Assembly: GCA_027050205.1 (NCBI GenBank)
Contig: JALUCS010000126.1
Location: 8,506 to 72,505, forward strand
DNA: 64,000 nt
Direction of reading: 5' to 3'
From: a candidate division WOR-3 bacterium
GTDB lineage: Bacteria; Hydrothermota; Hydrothermia; LBFQ01
The notes beneath the pieces were generated by a model. That model had not been told where the DNA came from. It ran no database searches and was given only the letters and a program-made list of their open reading frames with translations. Of this stretch, positions 9,379 to 19,354 are shown piece after piece. The first letter of the stretch is position 1; each line of letters starts with the position of its first letter. The position numbers and the translations under genes are program-made.

Positions 9379-10620
9379 GTGAGGGGCTTCGTACTCTACC
9401 TTATACCCGTCCTCGCACTCCTATACTCCCTCTCCCTACCCCCCGTAGGCCAGCACGACCATTCCCTCCTCCTGATACACCTGCAGGCCCTCGGCCTCCT
9501 GAAGTACTCCTCCCATCCCCCTACCCTACCCATTTTAGTTAGGGCGGTCTACGAAACCTTAGGGGCGGATTACCAGGTGGTTAGGCTCCTCGCCATACTC
9601 TCCGCCTCCCTCCTCCCCCTTTCGGCCCTCCTCATAGGTAGTCGTCTCGGTAAGGGCGTAGGGCTGTGGGCCTACCTCCTGGCTCTAACGAGTCCCCTCT
9701 TCCTCATCTACGGAAAGGCTCCTCTGTACGCCCTCTTCGGTTTCTCCTTCGGTGCCTTCGCTCTCGCCCTCCATACGAGCGGGAGGCCTCTCCTGGCCAA
9801 CCTCATATCTGCCGTCGCCCTAATCCTGGACTGGACCTCCATCCCCCTCGTCCTCCCCGTCCTCTACGATACCCTCAAAAGGCGAAGGCCTCTCCTCCTA
9901 CTCTACCTCCCCACCCTCCCCATATACGCCCTGTGGGTGGCAGACTTCTCAACAGTAGCCGGCGGGGAGTTCTCCCAGAGGCTACCGTCCCCCCAATCCC
10001 TCCTCCTGTTGGTGCCGGTGGTGGCGTTAAGATTGCTCCTATTTACCGGACCTATAACCCTCCTCGGCATCCTCCACCTCTCCATCCGCCGTACGAGGCT
10101 ACCCCGCTTCCTCCTCCGGTACCTCTACCTACAGCTCGCCTTCGTACTCCTATGGGCGAACTTTTACGTTTATCATACCCCCTACCTCTTCAACCTCCTC
10201 CCCCTTTTGGCCGTAGCCGGGGCGTTGGGAGTTGTAAGGATGGGCGTTAGGCTCAAGGCTTCGCTATTAACCCTTTCCATCATCTACTCCGCTGCTCTCA
10301 CCTTCCTCCTCCTCTATCCCTACAGGACGTTCGCCGCCTCGGATGTGGGTTGTATATTACTACGCTTAAGCGAATCAAAAGCGGGGGCGAGGTACGTCCT
10401 CCCCGAAGGCGGCCGACCCCCGAAGTCCCTCAAACTCCTCCTCACCCTCCTACCCCCCGACGACTCCTCCCCTATAACCGTATCCTTCGGACCGAAAGGG
10501 AGACGCCCCATCGTGTTGTACGGCGATACCGTATCAATAACCGGCTACGGTACGGTCAGGTGCCGAGGGGATACGGGACGGATAGACCGACTATTACTCC
10601 GCTTAAAAGGAATTAAGTAG
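9379..10620 (+). CDS. Polytopic membrane protein, probable GT-C glycosyltransferase (ArnT/PMT-like)
   Basis: About 10-11 hydrophobic segments; HPPT loop motif followed by ..VRLLAILSASL; GTG start 9 nt after TATAAT. Confidence 0.6.
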   Translation: MRGFVLYLIPVLALLYSLSLPPVGQHDHSLLLIHLQALGLLKYSSHPPTLPILVRAVYETLGADYQVVRLLAILSASLLPLSALLIGSRLGKGVGLWAYLLALTSPLFLIYGKAPLYALFGFSFGAFALALHTSGRPLLANLISAVALILDWTSIPLVLPVLYDTLKRRRPLLLLYLPTLPIYALWVADFSTVAGGEFSQRLPSPQSLLLLVPVVALRLLLFTGPITLLGILHLSIRRTRLPRFLLRYLYLQLAFVLLWANFYVYHTPYLFNLLPLLAVAGALGVVRMGVRLKASLLTLSIIYSAALTFLLLYPYRTFAASDVGCILLRLSESKAGARYVLPEGGRPPKSLKLLLTLLPPDDSSPITVSFGPKGRRPIVLYGDTVSITGYGTVRCRGDTGRIDRLLLRLKGIK

Positions 10621-10908
10621 GGCCTTGAGGACCTTAGGAGCAGACCGGAGCGTCCGTAGGCTCAAGAGCAGAGAAGGCCTTTCCCGACAACGTTGAGGAC
10701 ACCCTTGGGCGTATCCTCCATTCCTAATATCCTTTATATATAGGATAGGAGATAGATACATCGCCTTAGACGGGGCGGACCGGCCTTGACCCCTTCTAGA
10801 GCTTCTCATCCCCTACTCTACCTTTATCCCCGCTATCGTACGGCCGTAGGGCCACCGTGCCGGTTAAATTGGCGATTGGGCCGCAGTACCGCAGTAAAAT
10901 CCTATCCT

Positions 10909-13629
10909 ATGGCCAAAAAGACGGTGTACTTCTTCGGCAACGGTGTAGCCGAAGGCCACGGTCTCGGAAAGGACCTCCTCGGAGGTAAGGGCCACGGTCT
11001 GCACGAGATGACCCACGCCGGCCTGCCCGTTCCCCCCGGCTTCACGATAACGACGGAGGTATGCCGGTACTACTACGCTCATAACAGGCAGTTCCCTCCC
11101 GGCCTGAAGGATGAGGTCCTCCAGAACCTGAAGAGGGTTGAGGAGGCCAAGGGGCAGAAGTTCGGCGACCCCCACAACCCCCTGCTGGTCTCCGTCCGCT
11201 CCGGCGCCCCCGTCTCCATGCCCGGAATGATGGACACCATCCTGAACCTCGGCCTGAACGACGAGACGGTGAAGGGCCTCGCCGAGATGGCCAACGAGAG
11301 GTTCGCCTACGACTCCTACAGGCGATTCCTCCAGATGTTCGGCAAGGTCGTCCTCAAGATAGACGATAAGCTCTTTGACAGGGAGCTGGAGGCCGTAAAG
11401 GAGAGGAAGGCGAAGGAGTTGGGTAAAAGTGCGAAGGAGGTTAAGGACACCGACCTGACGGCCGAGGACTGGAAGGAGGTCGTGGAGAGGTTCAAGGAGG
11501 TCATAAGGAAGGAGACCGGATCAGACTTCCCGCAGGACCCCTACCAGCAGCTCTGGATGGCCATAAAGGCCGTCTTTGACTCCTGGAACAACCCAAGAGC
11601 CATAGAGTACCGGAGGATTGAGGGGATACCCGACGACCTCGGAACGGCCTGCAACGTCGTGGCCATGGTCTTCGGCAACCTCGGGGACGACAGCGGTACG
11701 GGGGTGATGTTTACGAGGGACCCCAACACCGGCGAGAAGCGGGTCTACGGTGAGTTCCTCCCTAATGCCCAGGGTGAGGACATCGTGGCGGGTATCCGTA
11801 CCCCCATGCCCCTTTCCAAGAGGGACAAGAAGGACCCCAACCAACTTTCCCTTGAGGAGTGGGACCCCAACGTCTATAAGGAACTCCTTGAGCTGGCCGA
11901 TAAGCTGGAGAGGTACTACAAGGACATGCAGGACATAGAGTTCACCATAGAGCGGAAGAAGGTGTGGCTCCTCCAGACCCGCCGCGGTAAACGCACACCC
12001 AAGGCCGAGGTGAAGATAGCCGTTGATATGGCCAAGGAGGGCCTCATAACCAGGGAAGAGGCCATAATGCGGGTGGACCCCTACAGGTTTGAGCAGGTCC
12101 TCCACCCCTACATAGACGAGAAGGTCGTTGAAAAGCAACTCGGATACGTCCCCGTCATAGCCCATGGGATAGCCGCCTCCCCCGGTGCGGCGACCGGTAA
12201 GGTGGTCTTCCACCCGGACAAGGCTCACGAGATGGCGGAGAAGGGTGAGAAGGTAATACTGGTGAGGGTTGAGACCTCCCCGGAGGACATCAAGGGTATG
12301 GCCGCAGCCGTCGGTATCCTGACGGGGAGGGGTGGCGCCCTGTCCCACGCCGCCGTGGTGGCCAGGGGTATGGGTAAGCCCGCCGTCGTCGGCGCCGAGA
12401 TGTTGGACATCTACGAGGACGAGGGCTACTTCAAGGTGAGCGGAGAACACACCTACAACGGCAAAGAGGTTGTGGTGCGCGAGGGGGACGTCATCACCAT
12501 AGACGGCGGTAGCGGTAAGGTCTATCTGGGGGATATACCGAAGGTAGAGCCGGAGCTGGGCGGTGAGGTGGCGGAGCTGCTTGAGTGGGCGGACGAGGTC
12601 CGGAAGGGCAAGCTCGGTGTGAGGGCCAACGCCGACACGCCAGAGGACGCCCGCAGGGCGAGGGAGTTCGGGGCGGAGGGTATAGGTCTCGCCCGCACGG
12701 AGCATATGTTCTTCGCCGAGGACAGGATAAGGGACTTCCGTACGATGATCCTCTTCGCCTCAAGGAAGGGGGAGAGGTACGAGGAGGCCAAGGAGAGGAT
12801 AAAGTCCTATCAGGCTGAAGACTTCTACGGCCTCTTGAAGGAGATGGACGACCTCCCGGTGATAATCCGCCTCTTAGATCCTCCCCTCCACGAGTTCCTC
12901 CCCAAGACGGAGGACCAGATTAAAGAGACGGCGGAGTACGCCGGGGTATCCGAGGAGGAGATCAGGAGGTTAGTTGAGGCCACCCACGAGGCCAACCCGA
13001 TGCTAGGACACAGGGGCGTTAGGCTGGCCATCACCTACCCCGACATCTACGCCATGCAGACGGAGGCCGTGGCCGAGGCCTACCTGAAGCTCAAAAACGA
13101 GGGCTATAACCCCAAACCCAAGATAATGCTCCCCTTAGTGGCCTTCGCCTCGGAGATGGAGAAGGTGCGGGAGATAGTGGAAGGGGTGCTTGAGAGGTAC
13201 GGCCTGAAGGGGAAGGTTGAGGTCGGGACGATGATTGAGCTGCCAAGGGCGGCGGTTAAAGGGGACGAGATAGCCCGCTACGCCGACTTCTTCTCCTTCG
13301 GGACGAACGACCTCACCCAGACGACCCTCGGATTCTCAAGGGACGACGCCGGTAAGTTCCTGCCGGAGTACATAGAGAAGGGCCTCCTTGAGGACGACCC
13401 CTTCAAGACGGTGGACGACGCCGTGGTGGCCTTGGTGGAGATGGGGACGTCCAAGGGTAAGTGTGAGAAGGACAACCTTGAGGTGGGGGTGTGCGGTGAG
13501 CATGGCGGGGACCCCAAGAGCATACGGAAGTTCTATAAGGCGGGGGTTGATTACGTGAGCGCCTCCCCCTTCAGGGTGCCGGTGGCCCGTCTTGCGGCCG
13601 CCCAGGCCGTACTCGGTGAGAGATGCTGA
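10909..13629 (+). CDS. ppdK: Pyruvate, phosphate dikinase
   Basis: LLGGKG, VSVRSGAPVSMPGMMDT, phospho-His SHAAVVARG, EANPMLGHRG, FSFGTNDLTQ, CGEHGGDP. Start set to ATG 10909 (TAAAAT 8 nt upstream). Confidence 0.97.
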   Translation: MAKKTVYFFGNGVAEGHGLGKDLLGGKGHGLHEMTHAGLPVPPGFTITTEVCRYYYAHNRQFPPGLKDEVLQNLKRVEEAKGQKFGDPHNPLLVSVRSGAPVSMPGMMDTILNLGLNDETVKGLAEMANERFAYDSYRRFLQMFGKVVLKIDDKLFDRELEAVKERKAKELGKSAKEVKDTDLTAEDWKEVVERFKEVIRKETGSDFPQDPYQQLWMAIKAVFDSWNNPRAIEYRRIEGIPDDLGTACNVVAMVFGNLGDDSGTGVMFTRDPNTGEKRVYGEFLPNAQGEDIVAGIRTPMPLSKRDKKDPNQLSLEEWDPNVYKELLELADKLERYYKDMQDIEFTIERKKVWLLQTRRGKRTPKAEVKIAVDMAKEGLITREEAIMRVDPYRFEQVLHPYIDEKVVEKQLGYVPVIAHGIAASPGAATGKVVFHPDKAHEMAEKGEKVILVRVETSPEDIKGMAAAVGILTGRGGALSHAAVVARGMGKPAVVGAEMLDIYEDEGYFKVSGEHTYNGKEVVVREGDVITIDGGSGKVYLGDIPKVEPELGGEVAELLEWADEVRKGKLGVRANADTPEDARRAREFGAEGIGLARTEHMFFAEDRIRDFRTMILFASRKGERYEEAKERIKSYQAEDFYGLLKEMDDLPVIIRLLDPPLHEFLPKTEDQIKETAEYAGVSEEEIRRLVEATHEANPMLGHRGVRLAITYPDIYAMQTEAVAEAYLKLKNEGYNPKPKIMLPLVAFASEMEKVREIVEGVLERYGLKGKVEVGTMIELPRAAVKGDEIARYADFFSFGTNDLTQTTLGFSRDDAGKFLPEYIEKGLLEDDPFKTVDDAVVALVEMGTSKGKCEKDNLEVGVCGEHGGDPKSIRKFYKAGVDYVSASPFRVPVARLAAAQAVLGERC

Positions 13630-14912
13630 TAAGACTGAAGGCCCGCAGGTACCGAAGCCTGCGGTGGGTGGACGTACCTGTGGGCCACTTTAACGTCCTG
13701 ATAGGGCCGAACGCCTCCGGTAAGAGCAACTTCCTTGACGTCCTCCTCTTCATAAAGGATATGATAACCTCCGAGGATGGGGTTATGGGGGCGGTGCGGA
13801 GGCGGGCGCCCGACTTCTCCCACCTCGTATGGATGATGGAGGACGTAGGGGAGGGTTTTGAGTTCGTCGTGGAGTACGAGCTGCCGGAGGAGTACAAGGT
13901 GAGAACCAAGGATAAGCGGGGTAAGGAGAGGCTCTACGACAGGATAAAGTACATGCTGAAGGTGGGAACGGGGGAGTACGGCCCCGCTCCCGTCAGGGAA
14001 CACCTCTATCTGGTGGATAGCTCCTCCACCGAAGAACCGCCTCCGAAACGGGACTTTTTCCCCCAGACGCTCCCGGACAGGCCCCTTATTGACACTACGA
14101 AGAAGAAGGTAAGGACGCCGGTAGGACACAGGATAGTGGCCCGGAGGCCGAAGTACGGCCCAGGGGTCTATATGAGGTCGGAGCGGGGTTCCAGACCCTT
14201 CAACATAACCCTTAGCATAAACCCCCGTAAGTCCGTCCTCTCCGTCCTTTTGGAGGACGAGCGGAGGTTCAGGACCTCGCTGTGGTTCAGGAACGTACTG
14301 AAGAACTCCCTCCTCTTCGTCCATCTAAACGTTGAGAGGATGAGGCGTCCGACCCCACCGAGCGCCCCCACCACCTTCCAGCCCGACGGCTCCAACCTCC
14401 CCACCGTCCTGTTGGACCTGAAGGACAACTACCCCCGGAGGTTTAAGTGGTACGTCTCGCATGTCAGCTCCGCCCTGAAGGACGTTGAGGATATTGAGAT
14501 TCAACGCAGACCGGAGGATAACTTCCTGTACGTCGTCCTCCGCTACAGGTACGGTCTGAAGGCCCCATCGTGGGTACTGTCCGACGGTACCCTCCGGTTC
14601 CTCGCCCTTAGCGTCATCCCCTTCCTCCCACCCCAGAGCCGCATATTCCTCATAGAGGAGCCGGAGAACGGGATACACCCCCGCGCCGTAAGCAGCCTGT
14701 TGGAGGTACTCAAAGGCCCGTCCGACAACCAGATATTCGTAGCCACCCACTCCCCCCTGATACTCCGTCAGATGCAGCCGAAGGACATCCTCGTCTTCAG
14801 GAAAACCGAGGATGGGGCCACGGACATAGTGAGGGGGACGGAGCATCCGGCCCTCCGGAGGTGGAGGGAGGAGGTTCCCCTTGATAAGTTGGTGGTGAGC
14901 GGTATCCTATGA
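13623..14912 (+). CDS. ABC-type AAA ATPase (AAA_21/AAA_15; MAD3-like)
   Basis: Walker A GPNASGKS, signature LSDGT, Walker B IEEPENGIHP, H-loop ATHSP. Confidence 0.85.
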   Translation: MLIRLKARRYRSLRWVDVPVGHFNVLIGPNASGKSNFLDVLLFIKDMITSEDGVMGAVRRRAPDFSHLVWMMEDVGEGFEFVVEYELPEEYKVRTKDKRGKERLYDRIKYMLKVGTGEYGPAPVREHLYLVDSSSTEEPPPKRDFFPQTLPDRPLIDTTKKKVRTPVGHRIVARRPKYGPGVYMRSERGSRPFNITLSINPRKSVLSVLLEDERRFRTSLWFRNVLKNSLLFVHLNVERMRRPTPPSAPTTFQPDGSNLPTVLLDLKDNYPRRFKWYVSHVSSALKDVEDIEIQRRPEDNFLYVVLRYRYGLKAPSWVLSDGTLRFLALSVIPFLPPQSRIFLIEEPENGIHPRAVSSLLEVLKGPSDNQIFVATHSPLILRQMQPKDILVFRKTEDGATDIVRGTEHPALRRWREEVPLDKLVVSGIL

Positions 14913-15526
14913 GCGAGTACGACGTCGTCATACTCGTGGCGGACTCCCACGCGGAGGTCTTTGTGGACGTCCTGCTTAAGGAGAAGAGGGAGGCGATCGG
15001 TGTTGGCCCCATCAGGTACGAGGTGATCGTCCACTACGAGAGCGATCCGGGGGTATTCAAGAACCCGTACGAGCTTCTACGGGCCTATCAGGGCAGGGCG
15101 AGGAAGGTCCTGGTGATGTTGGACGAGGAGTGGAGCGGTTCCCCGGGTAAGGGGGAGATTGAAAAGCGCATCAAGGAACTGATCCTCAGGAACACCACAT
15201 GGGGGGCGGAGGACATAGAGGTCGTAGTCCTGTCGCCGGAGATAGAAGTTTGGGCCTGGTACGACACATGGAGGCTCACGTGGGCTTTGGGGGTTGATAG
15301 GCGGATCGTAGAGGACTGCCGTAAGGAGTACGGGGTGAGGGAGGACGGGAAGCCCGTCAGACCCAAGGAGGCTCTGGAGTGTATATCTAACAACGGAGGG
15401 CCGCCCTACGGTGGAGGTATGTTGAGGCTCATAGCCCAGCGTGTAAGTAGGAGGGTGGCCAAGGCGTGCAGGGACGAGGGGTTCGGGAGGTTCGTTGAGT
15501 TCTTGAGGGCGGTAGGAAAAAGGTAA
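14909..15526 (+). CDS. DUF4276/MAD4-like (TOPRIM-related) partner of the ATPase
   Basis: VILVAD...DPG...VMLDEEWSG...PEIEVWAW...RPKE; coupled to the ATPase by an ATGA overlap. Confidence 0.6.
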   Translation: MSEYDVVILVADSHAEVFVDVLLKEKREAIGVGPIRYEVIVHYESDPGVFKNPYELLRAYQGRARKVLVMLDEEWSGSPGKGEIEKRIKELILRNTTWGAEDIEVVVLSPEIEVWAWYDTWRLTWALGVDRRIVEDCRKEYGVREDGKPVRPKEALECISNNGGPPYGGGMLRLIAQRVSRRVAKACRDEGFGRFVEFLRAVGKR

Positions 15527-15589
15527 GGGTCCCCGCCCTACCCTATCCGTTTTTAAAAAACCCACCTTTCGGGAGTAGAATCGCCACCT

Positions 15590-17629
15590 ATGGTGGAAAC
15601 TCTCCTCTTGAGCGCGGTGGCTCTCGGCGTTCTCGGATTCCTCGCCGCTATCGCCACCTACTACTACATAGGGAGTCTCCCCGGTGGAGAGGGGAAGATG
15701 GTGGAGTACGCTGCGGCCATCCGTAAGGGTGCCTTCGTATTCCTCCGCCGTGAGTACATCTACATCAGTATATTCGTAGTAATCGTATTCCTCGTCCTGA
15801 CCTTCGCCATCAAACCCATGGTCGGTGTGGCCTACCTGACGGGCGCCCTCTTCTCCCTCCTCGCTGGCTTCGTCGGGATGGCTGCCGCCACCCTCGCCAA
15901 CGTCCGCACGGCCTACGTGGCCTACAAGACCAAGAACGCCGGCGACACCCTCTCCGTGGCCTTCAAAGGTGGCTCCGTGATGGGAATAACCGTCGCCGCC
16001 CTCGGTCTCCTTGGCGTCGCCTTCTGGTACTGGCTCACGAAGGATGCGGCGGTCTTGAGCGGCTTCGGTATGGGTGCCTCCTCGGTCGCCCTCTTCGCCC
16101 GCGTGGGCGGTGGGATATACACCAAGGCGGCCGATGTCGGTGCGGACCTGGTGGGTAAGGTGGAGGCCGGGATACCGGAGGACGACCCTCGCAACCCCGC
16201 CGTCATAGCCGACAACGTTGGAGATAACGTCGGAGACACGGCCGGGATGGGTGCCGACCTCTACGAGTCCTACGTTGGCAGCATGGTGGCCACCGTCGCC
16301 ATAGCCCTCGCCGGCTCCTTCTCCCTCTCCAACATGAAGTTAGAGTACGGCGCCCTCCCCATAATCCTCGCCGCCCTCGGCCTCGTGGTCTCCCTGATAG
16401 CCGTGTATGCCATTGACCTCTTCAAGAAGGCCGACCCGCAGACGGCCATAAGGAACGCCACCATAACCGCCGCCGTCCTCTTCGTTATCGGGGCGTACTT
16501 CGTCAACCAGGTCGTCGTCGGCAGCATCGGTACGTGGCTGGCCGTGGTCGGTGGCCTGGTGGCCGGTCTCCTGATAGGTTTTGAGAGCGAATACTACACC
16601 TCCGGAAGCCCCATCAAGTTCATAGCAGAGTCGGCCAAGTTCGGGCCGGCGACCGTGATAATAAACGGCGTAGCCGTCGGATACGAGTCGGTGGTCCTAC
16701 CCTTCATAACCATAGCCGCCGCCATCCTCTTCGGCTACTTCTCCGCGGAGGTCTGGGGTGCGCCCGGTCTCGGCATCTACGGTGTGGCCCTCGCCGCAGT
16801 AGGTATGCTGGCCACCGTCGGCATAGTGATGACCACGGACTCCTACGGCCCCATAGCCGACAACGCCGGCGGGATAACGGAGATGGCCCACCTCGGTGAG
16901 GACGTGAGGGCCATAACCGACAAGTTGGACGCCCTCGGCAACACCACGGCCGCCATAGGTAAGGGTTTCGCCATAGGTTCCGCCGCCCTGGCCGCCCTCG
17001 CCCTCCTGGTGGCATACACCGAGACGGTAGGGCTTGAGGCCCTGGACTTCACCAAGGTGGAGAGCGTCGCCGGGGCCTTCCTCGGAGCGGCCATGCCCGC
17101 CCTAATAGCGGCTATGACCCTCAAGGCCGTGGGTAGGGCCGCCAACAGGATGGTGGCGGAGGTGCGCCGCCAGTTCAAGGAGCTGAAGCTCCTAACCGAC
17201 CCCAACGCCAAGCCCCAGTACGACAAGGCCATAGACATCGTCACCCAGGCCGCCATAAGGGAGATGATCCTGCCGGGCGTCTCGGCCGTCCTCGCTCCCC
17301 TCATCGTCGGCTGGCTCCTCGGCACGGAGGCCCTCGGTTTCTTCTTGGGTGCCGCTCTCTTAGTGGGAGCCTTGATAGCCATCTTCATGGCCAACACCGG
17401 TGGGGCCTGGGACAACGCCAAGAAGTACATAGAGGCCGGGAACTTCGGCGGTAAGGGGTCCGACGCCCACAAGGCCGCCGTCGTCGGCGACACCGTTGGC
17501 GACCCCTTCAAGGACACCACCGGTCCCTCAATGAACATCCTCATCAAGCTCATGTCCATCGTCTCCCTCGTCTTCGGTCCCCTCATCCACCAGTACGGCG
17601 GCGTCCTCCTCAAGTTCTTCACCCACTGA
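15590..17629 (+). CDS. hppA: Membrane-bound ion-translocating pyrophosphatase, K+-dependent (probably Na+-pumping)
   Basis: [56 protein letters not shown] (Ala) indicates K+ dependence; ADLYES carries the Glu found in Na+-PPases. Confidence 0.95.
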   Translation: MVETLLLSAVALGVLGFLAAIATYYYIGSLPGGEGKMVEYAAAIRKGAFVFLRREYIYISIFVVIVFLVLTFAIKPMVGVAYLTGALFSLLAGFVGMAAATLANVRTAYVAYKTKNAGDTLSVAFKGGSVMGITVAALGLLGVAFWYWLTKDAAVLSGFGMGASSVALFARVGGGIYTKAADVGADLVGKVEAGIPEDDPRNPAVIADNVGDNVGDTAGMGADLYESYVGSMVATVAIALAGSFSLSNMKLEYGALPIILAALGLVVSLIAVYAIDLFKKADPQTAIRNATITAAVLFVIGAYFVNQVVVGSIGTWLAVVGGLVAGLLIGFESEYYTSGSPIKFIAESAKFGPATVIINGVAVGYESVVLPFITIAAAILFGYFSAEVWGAPGLGIYGVALAAVGMLATVGIVMTTDSYGPIADNAGGITEMAHLGEDVRAITDKLDALGNTTAAIGKGFAIGSAALAALALLVAYTETVGLEALDFTKVESVAGAFLGAAMPALIAAMTLKAVGRAANRMVAEVRRQFKELKLLTDPNAKPQYDKAIDIVTQAAIREMILPGVSAVLAPLIVGWLLGTEALGFFLGAALLVGALIAIFMANTGGAWDNAKKYIEAGNFGGKGSDAHKAAVVGDTVGDPFKDTTGPSMNILIKLMSIVSLVFGPLIHQYGGVLLKFFTH

Positions 17630-17649
17630 AGGTAGTACCGGAAAGTAAG

Positions 17650-17680
17650 GGGCGGGGCCCCGTCCCCGCCCTTTTTTATT
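17650..17680 (+). terminator. Rho-independent terminator after hppA
   Basis: GGGCGGGG-loop-CCCCGCCC followed by TTTTTT. Confidence 0.85.
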
Positions 17681-17714
17681 TCAACCGCAACCAGAACGCT
17701 CTTAAAATCCCCGT

Positions 17715-18455
17715 ATGAAGACCCTCATCCTCGGAGCCAACTCCGCCATAGCCAAGGCGGTGGCCGAGATCCTCGCCGGGAAGGGGGAAGAGCTCTATCT
17801 GGCCAGCCGGAACTACGAGGAGACGGAGAGGTTCGCCTCCCACCTACGCGTAAAGTACGGTGTGAAGACCTACGCTGACCGCTTTGACGCTATGGATTAC
17901 GACTCCCACGGCCCGTTCTTCCGCAAGGTACTGAAGGAGATGGGGGAGATAGACAGGGTTCTGATAGCCTTCGGCTACCTCGGGGATCAGGAGAGGGCGG
18001 TCAGGGACTTCTCCGAGGCCAGGAGGATAATTGAGATAAACTACCTTGGAGCCGTTTCCATCCTCACCCACATCGTACCCTATATGGAGGAGAGGGGGAA
18101 GGGTACCATAGCCGCCATATCCTCCGTCGCCGGGGACAGGGGAAGGGGCAGCAACTTCACGTACGGGAGTGCCAAGGGAGCCTTGAGCATATACCTAAGC
18201 GGACTCCGGAACAGGCTGTATAGGAAAGGGGTCCGGGTCGTTACCATCAAACCGGGCTTCGTGGCCACCCCTATGACCGCCCACCTTGACCTTCCGAAGA
18301 GGCTCGTATCCAAACCGGAGAGGGTAGCGAGGGACATCGTGATGGCCATAGAGAAGGGGAAGGACGAGGTATATACGCCCGGCTACTGGCGGTTCATAAT
18401 GTGGGTGATAAAGGCCATACCGGAGCCGATCTTCAAGCGACTGAACCTCCGTTAG
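17715..18455 (+). CDS. SDR oxidoreductase (DprE2-like subgroup)
   Basis: ILGANSAIA, SSVAGDRGR, YGSAK, IKPGFV.TPMT. Confidence 0.85.
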   Translation: MKTLILGANSAIAKAVAEILAGKGEELYLASRNYEETERFASHLRVKYGVKTYADRFDAMDYDSHGPFFRKVLKEMGEIDRVLIAFGYLGDQERAVRDFSEARRIIEINYLGAVSILTHIVPYMEERGKGTIAAISSVAGDRGRGSNFTYGSAKGALSIYLSGLRNRLYRKGVRVVTIKPGFVATPMTAHLDLPKRLVSKPERVARDIVMAIEKGKDEVYTPGYWRFIMWVIKAIPEPIFKRLNLR

Positions 18456-19354
18456 GCCTCTACGGTTGAGTACTCCGGATTCCAGACGGCAAGTAGGTGG
18501 AGGAAGGGGTTGGGCAGGTACCTCCGGTAGCCGGTTTCGGTGTCCCTGATGGCGAGGTACAACCGGTTGAACCTGCGGTAGTCTATGGCTCCGTCCCTGT
18601 GCAGTTCCCTTAAAGCGTAGTATCCGAGTCGCAGGAGCATAGGTCCCCCCTCGTTGAGTTTCTTCAGGAGCTCCTGGGATGCGGTGAGGCTTCCGAGGGC
18701 GTACGCCTTCCAGAGGTTTATCACCCTGCGGTAGTCCCGGACGTGGGAGAGGAGCCGGAGGGCGACGCCCGGACTGTGGCCAGAGAGTTCGTAGAGGACG
18801 GGGTCCTCCTCCCCTACCACCTTTATGAAGTCCCCGTAGCTTAGGGGTGAGAACCTGACCTTCAGGGACCGGGAACGTATGGTGGGCAGGACCCGGTGGG
18901 GGTGGGAGGTTATGAGGATGAAGAGGGTACGCCTCCAGCCCTCCTCAAGGAGCTTGAGCATGGAGTTCTGGGCCTCAAGGGTGGCGTTCTCGGCGTTCAT
19001 TATCACCACCACCTTACGGTTGAGGGCGACGGGGGGCCTTACCACCTCCGCCTTTATCTCCCTTATGCGGTTTATCCCGATGGTGGAGCGGGACTCGTAG
19101 AAGTCTTCGGGCCGAGGCTTCCCCGGAACGGGGGGGACGGGTGAGACGAAGAGGACATCCTGACAGGTTAGACGCCTCACCTTCTCTGCGAGTCCGTACT
19201 TTGAGGCTAGAACCTCAAGGAACTCGTAGGCGAGGGTGGCCTTCCCCACCCCCTCCGGACCCACCAGCATGAGGGTGGGGACCTCCGCACCCTCAAGGAA
19301 GCGGGAGAGGACCCGCTTGGCCACCCCCTGCCCTACCGTCCTCTCAAACATCAC
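18452..19354 (-). CDS. holB: DNA polymerase III subunit delta'
   Basis: GPEGVGK, AQNSMLKLLEE, LPTIRSR. Confidence 0.85.
   Translation of the reverse strand: MMFERTVGQGVAKRVLSRFLEGAEVPTLMLVGPEGVGKATLAYEFLEVLASKYGLAEKVRRLTCQDVLFVSPVPPVPGKPRPEDFYESRSTIGINRIREIKAEVVRPPVALNRKVVVIMNAENATLEAQNSMLKLLEEGWRRTLFILITSHPHRVLPTIRSRSLKVRFSPLSYGDFIKVVGEEDPVLYELSGHSPGVALRLLSHVRDYRRVINLWKAYALGSLTASQELLKKLNEGGPMLLRLGYYALRELHRDGAIDYRRFNRLYLAIRDTETGYRRYLPNPFLHLLAVWNPEYSTVEA

Larger units (their letters stand above)
2265..10616. repeat. Cluster of ~12 copies of a 24-bp palindromic motif ATTGYTC-N10-GARCAAT
   Basis: Copies start at 2265, 2316, 3833, 4471, 6239, 8005, 8718, 9260, 9320, 10032, 10356 and 10593 (some degenerate). 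See findings. Confidence 0.8.

Noticed and set aside
2265..10616. Palindromes as a CRISPR array, REP/MITE or integron attC
   Set aside because: Irregular spacing, degenerate copies, many in-frame within conserved genes, no cas, integrase or transposase, and no GTTRRRY cassette structure.
11521..12705. Long antisense ORFs (also 24941-25984, 19630-20523, 16843-17622 and others)
   Set aside because: Shadow frames opposite well-supported genes, as expected with high GC.
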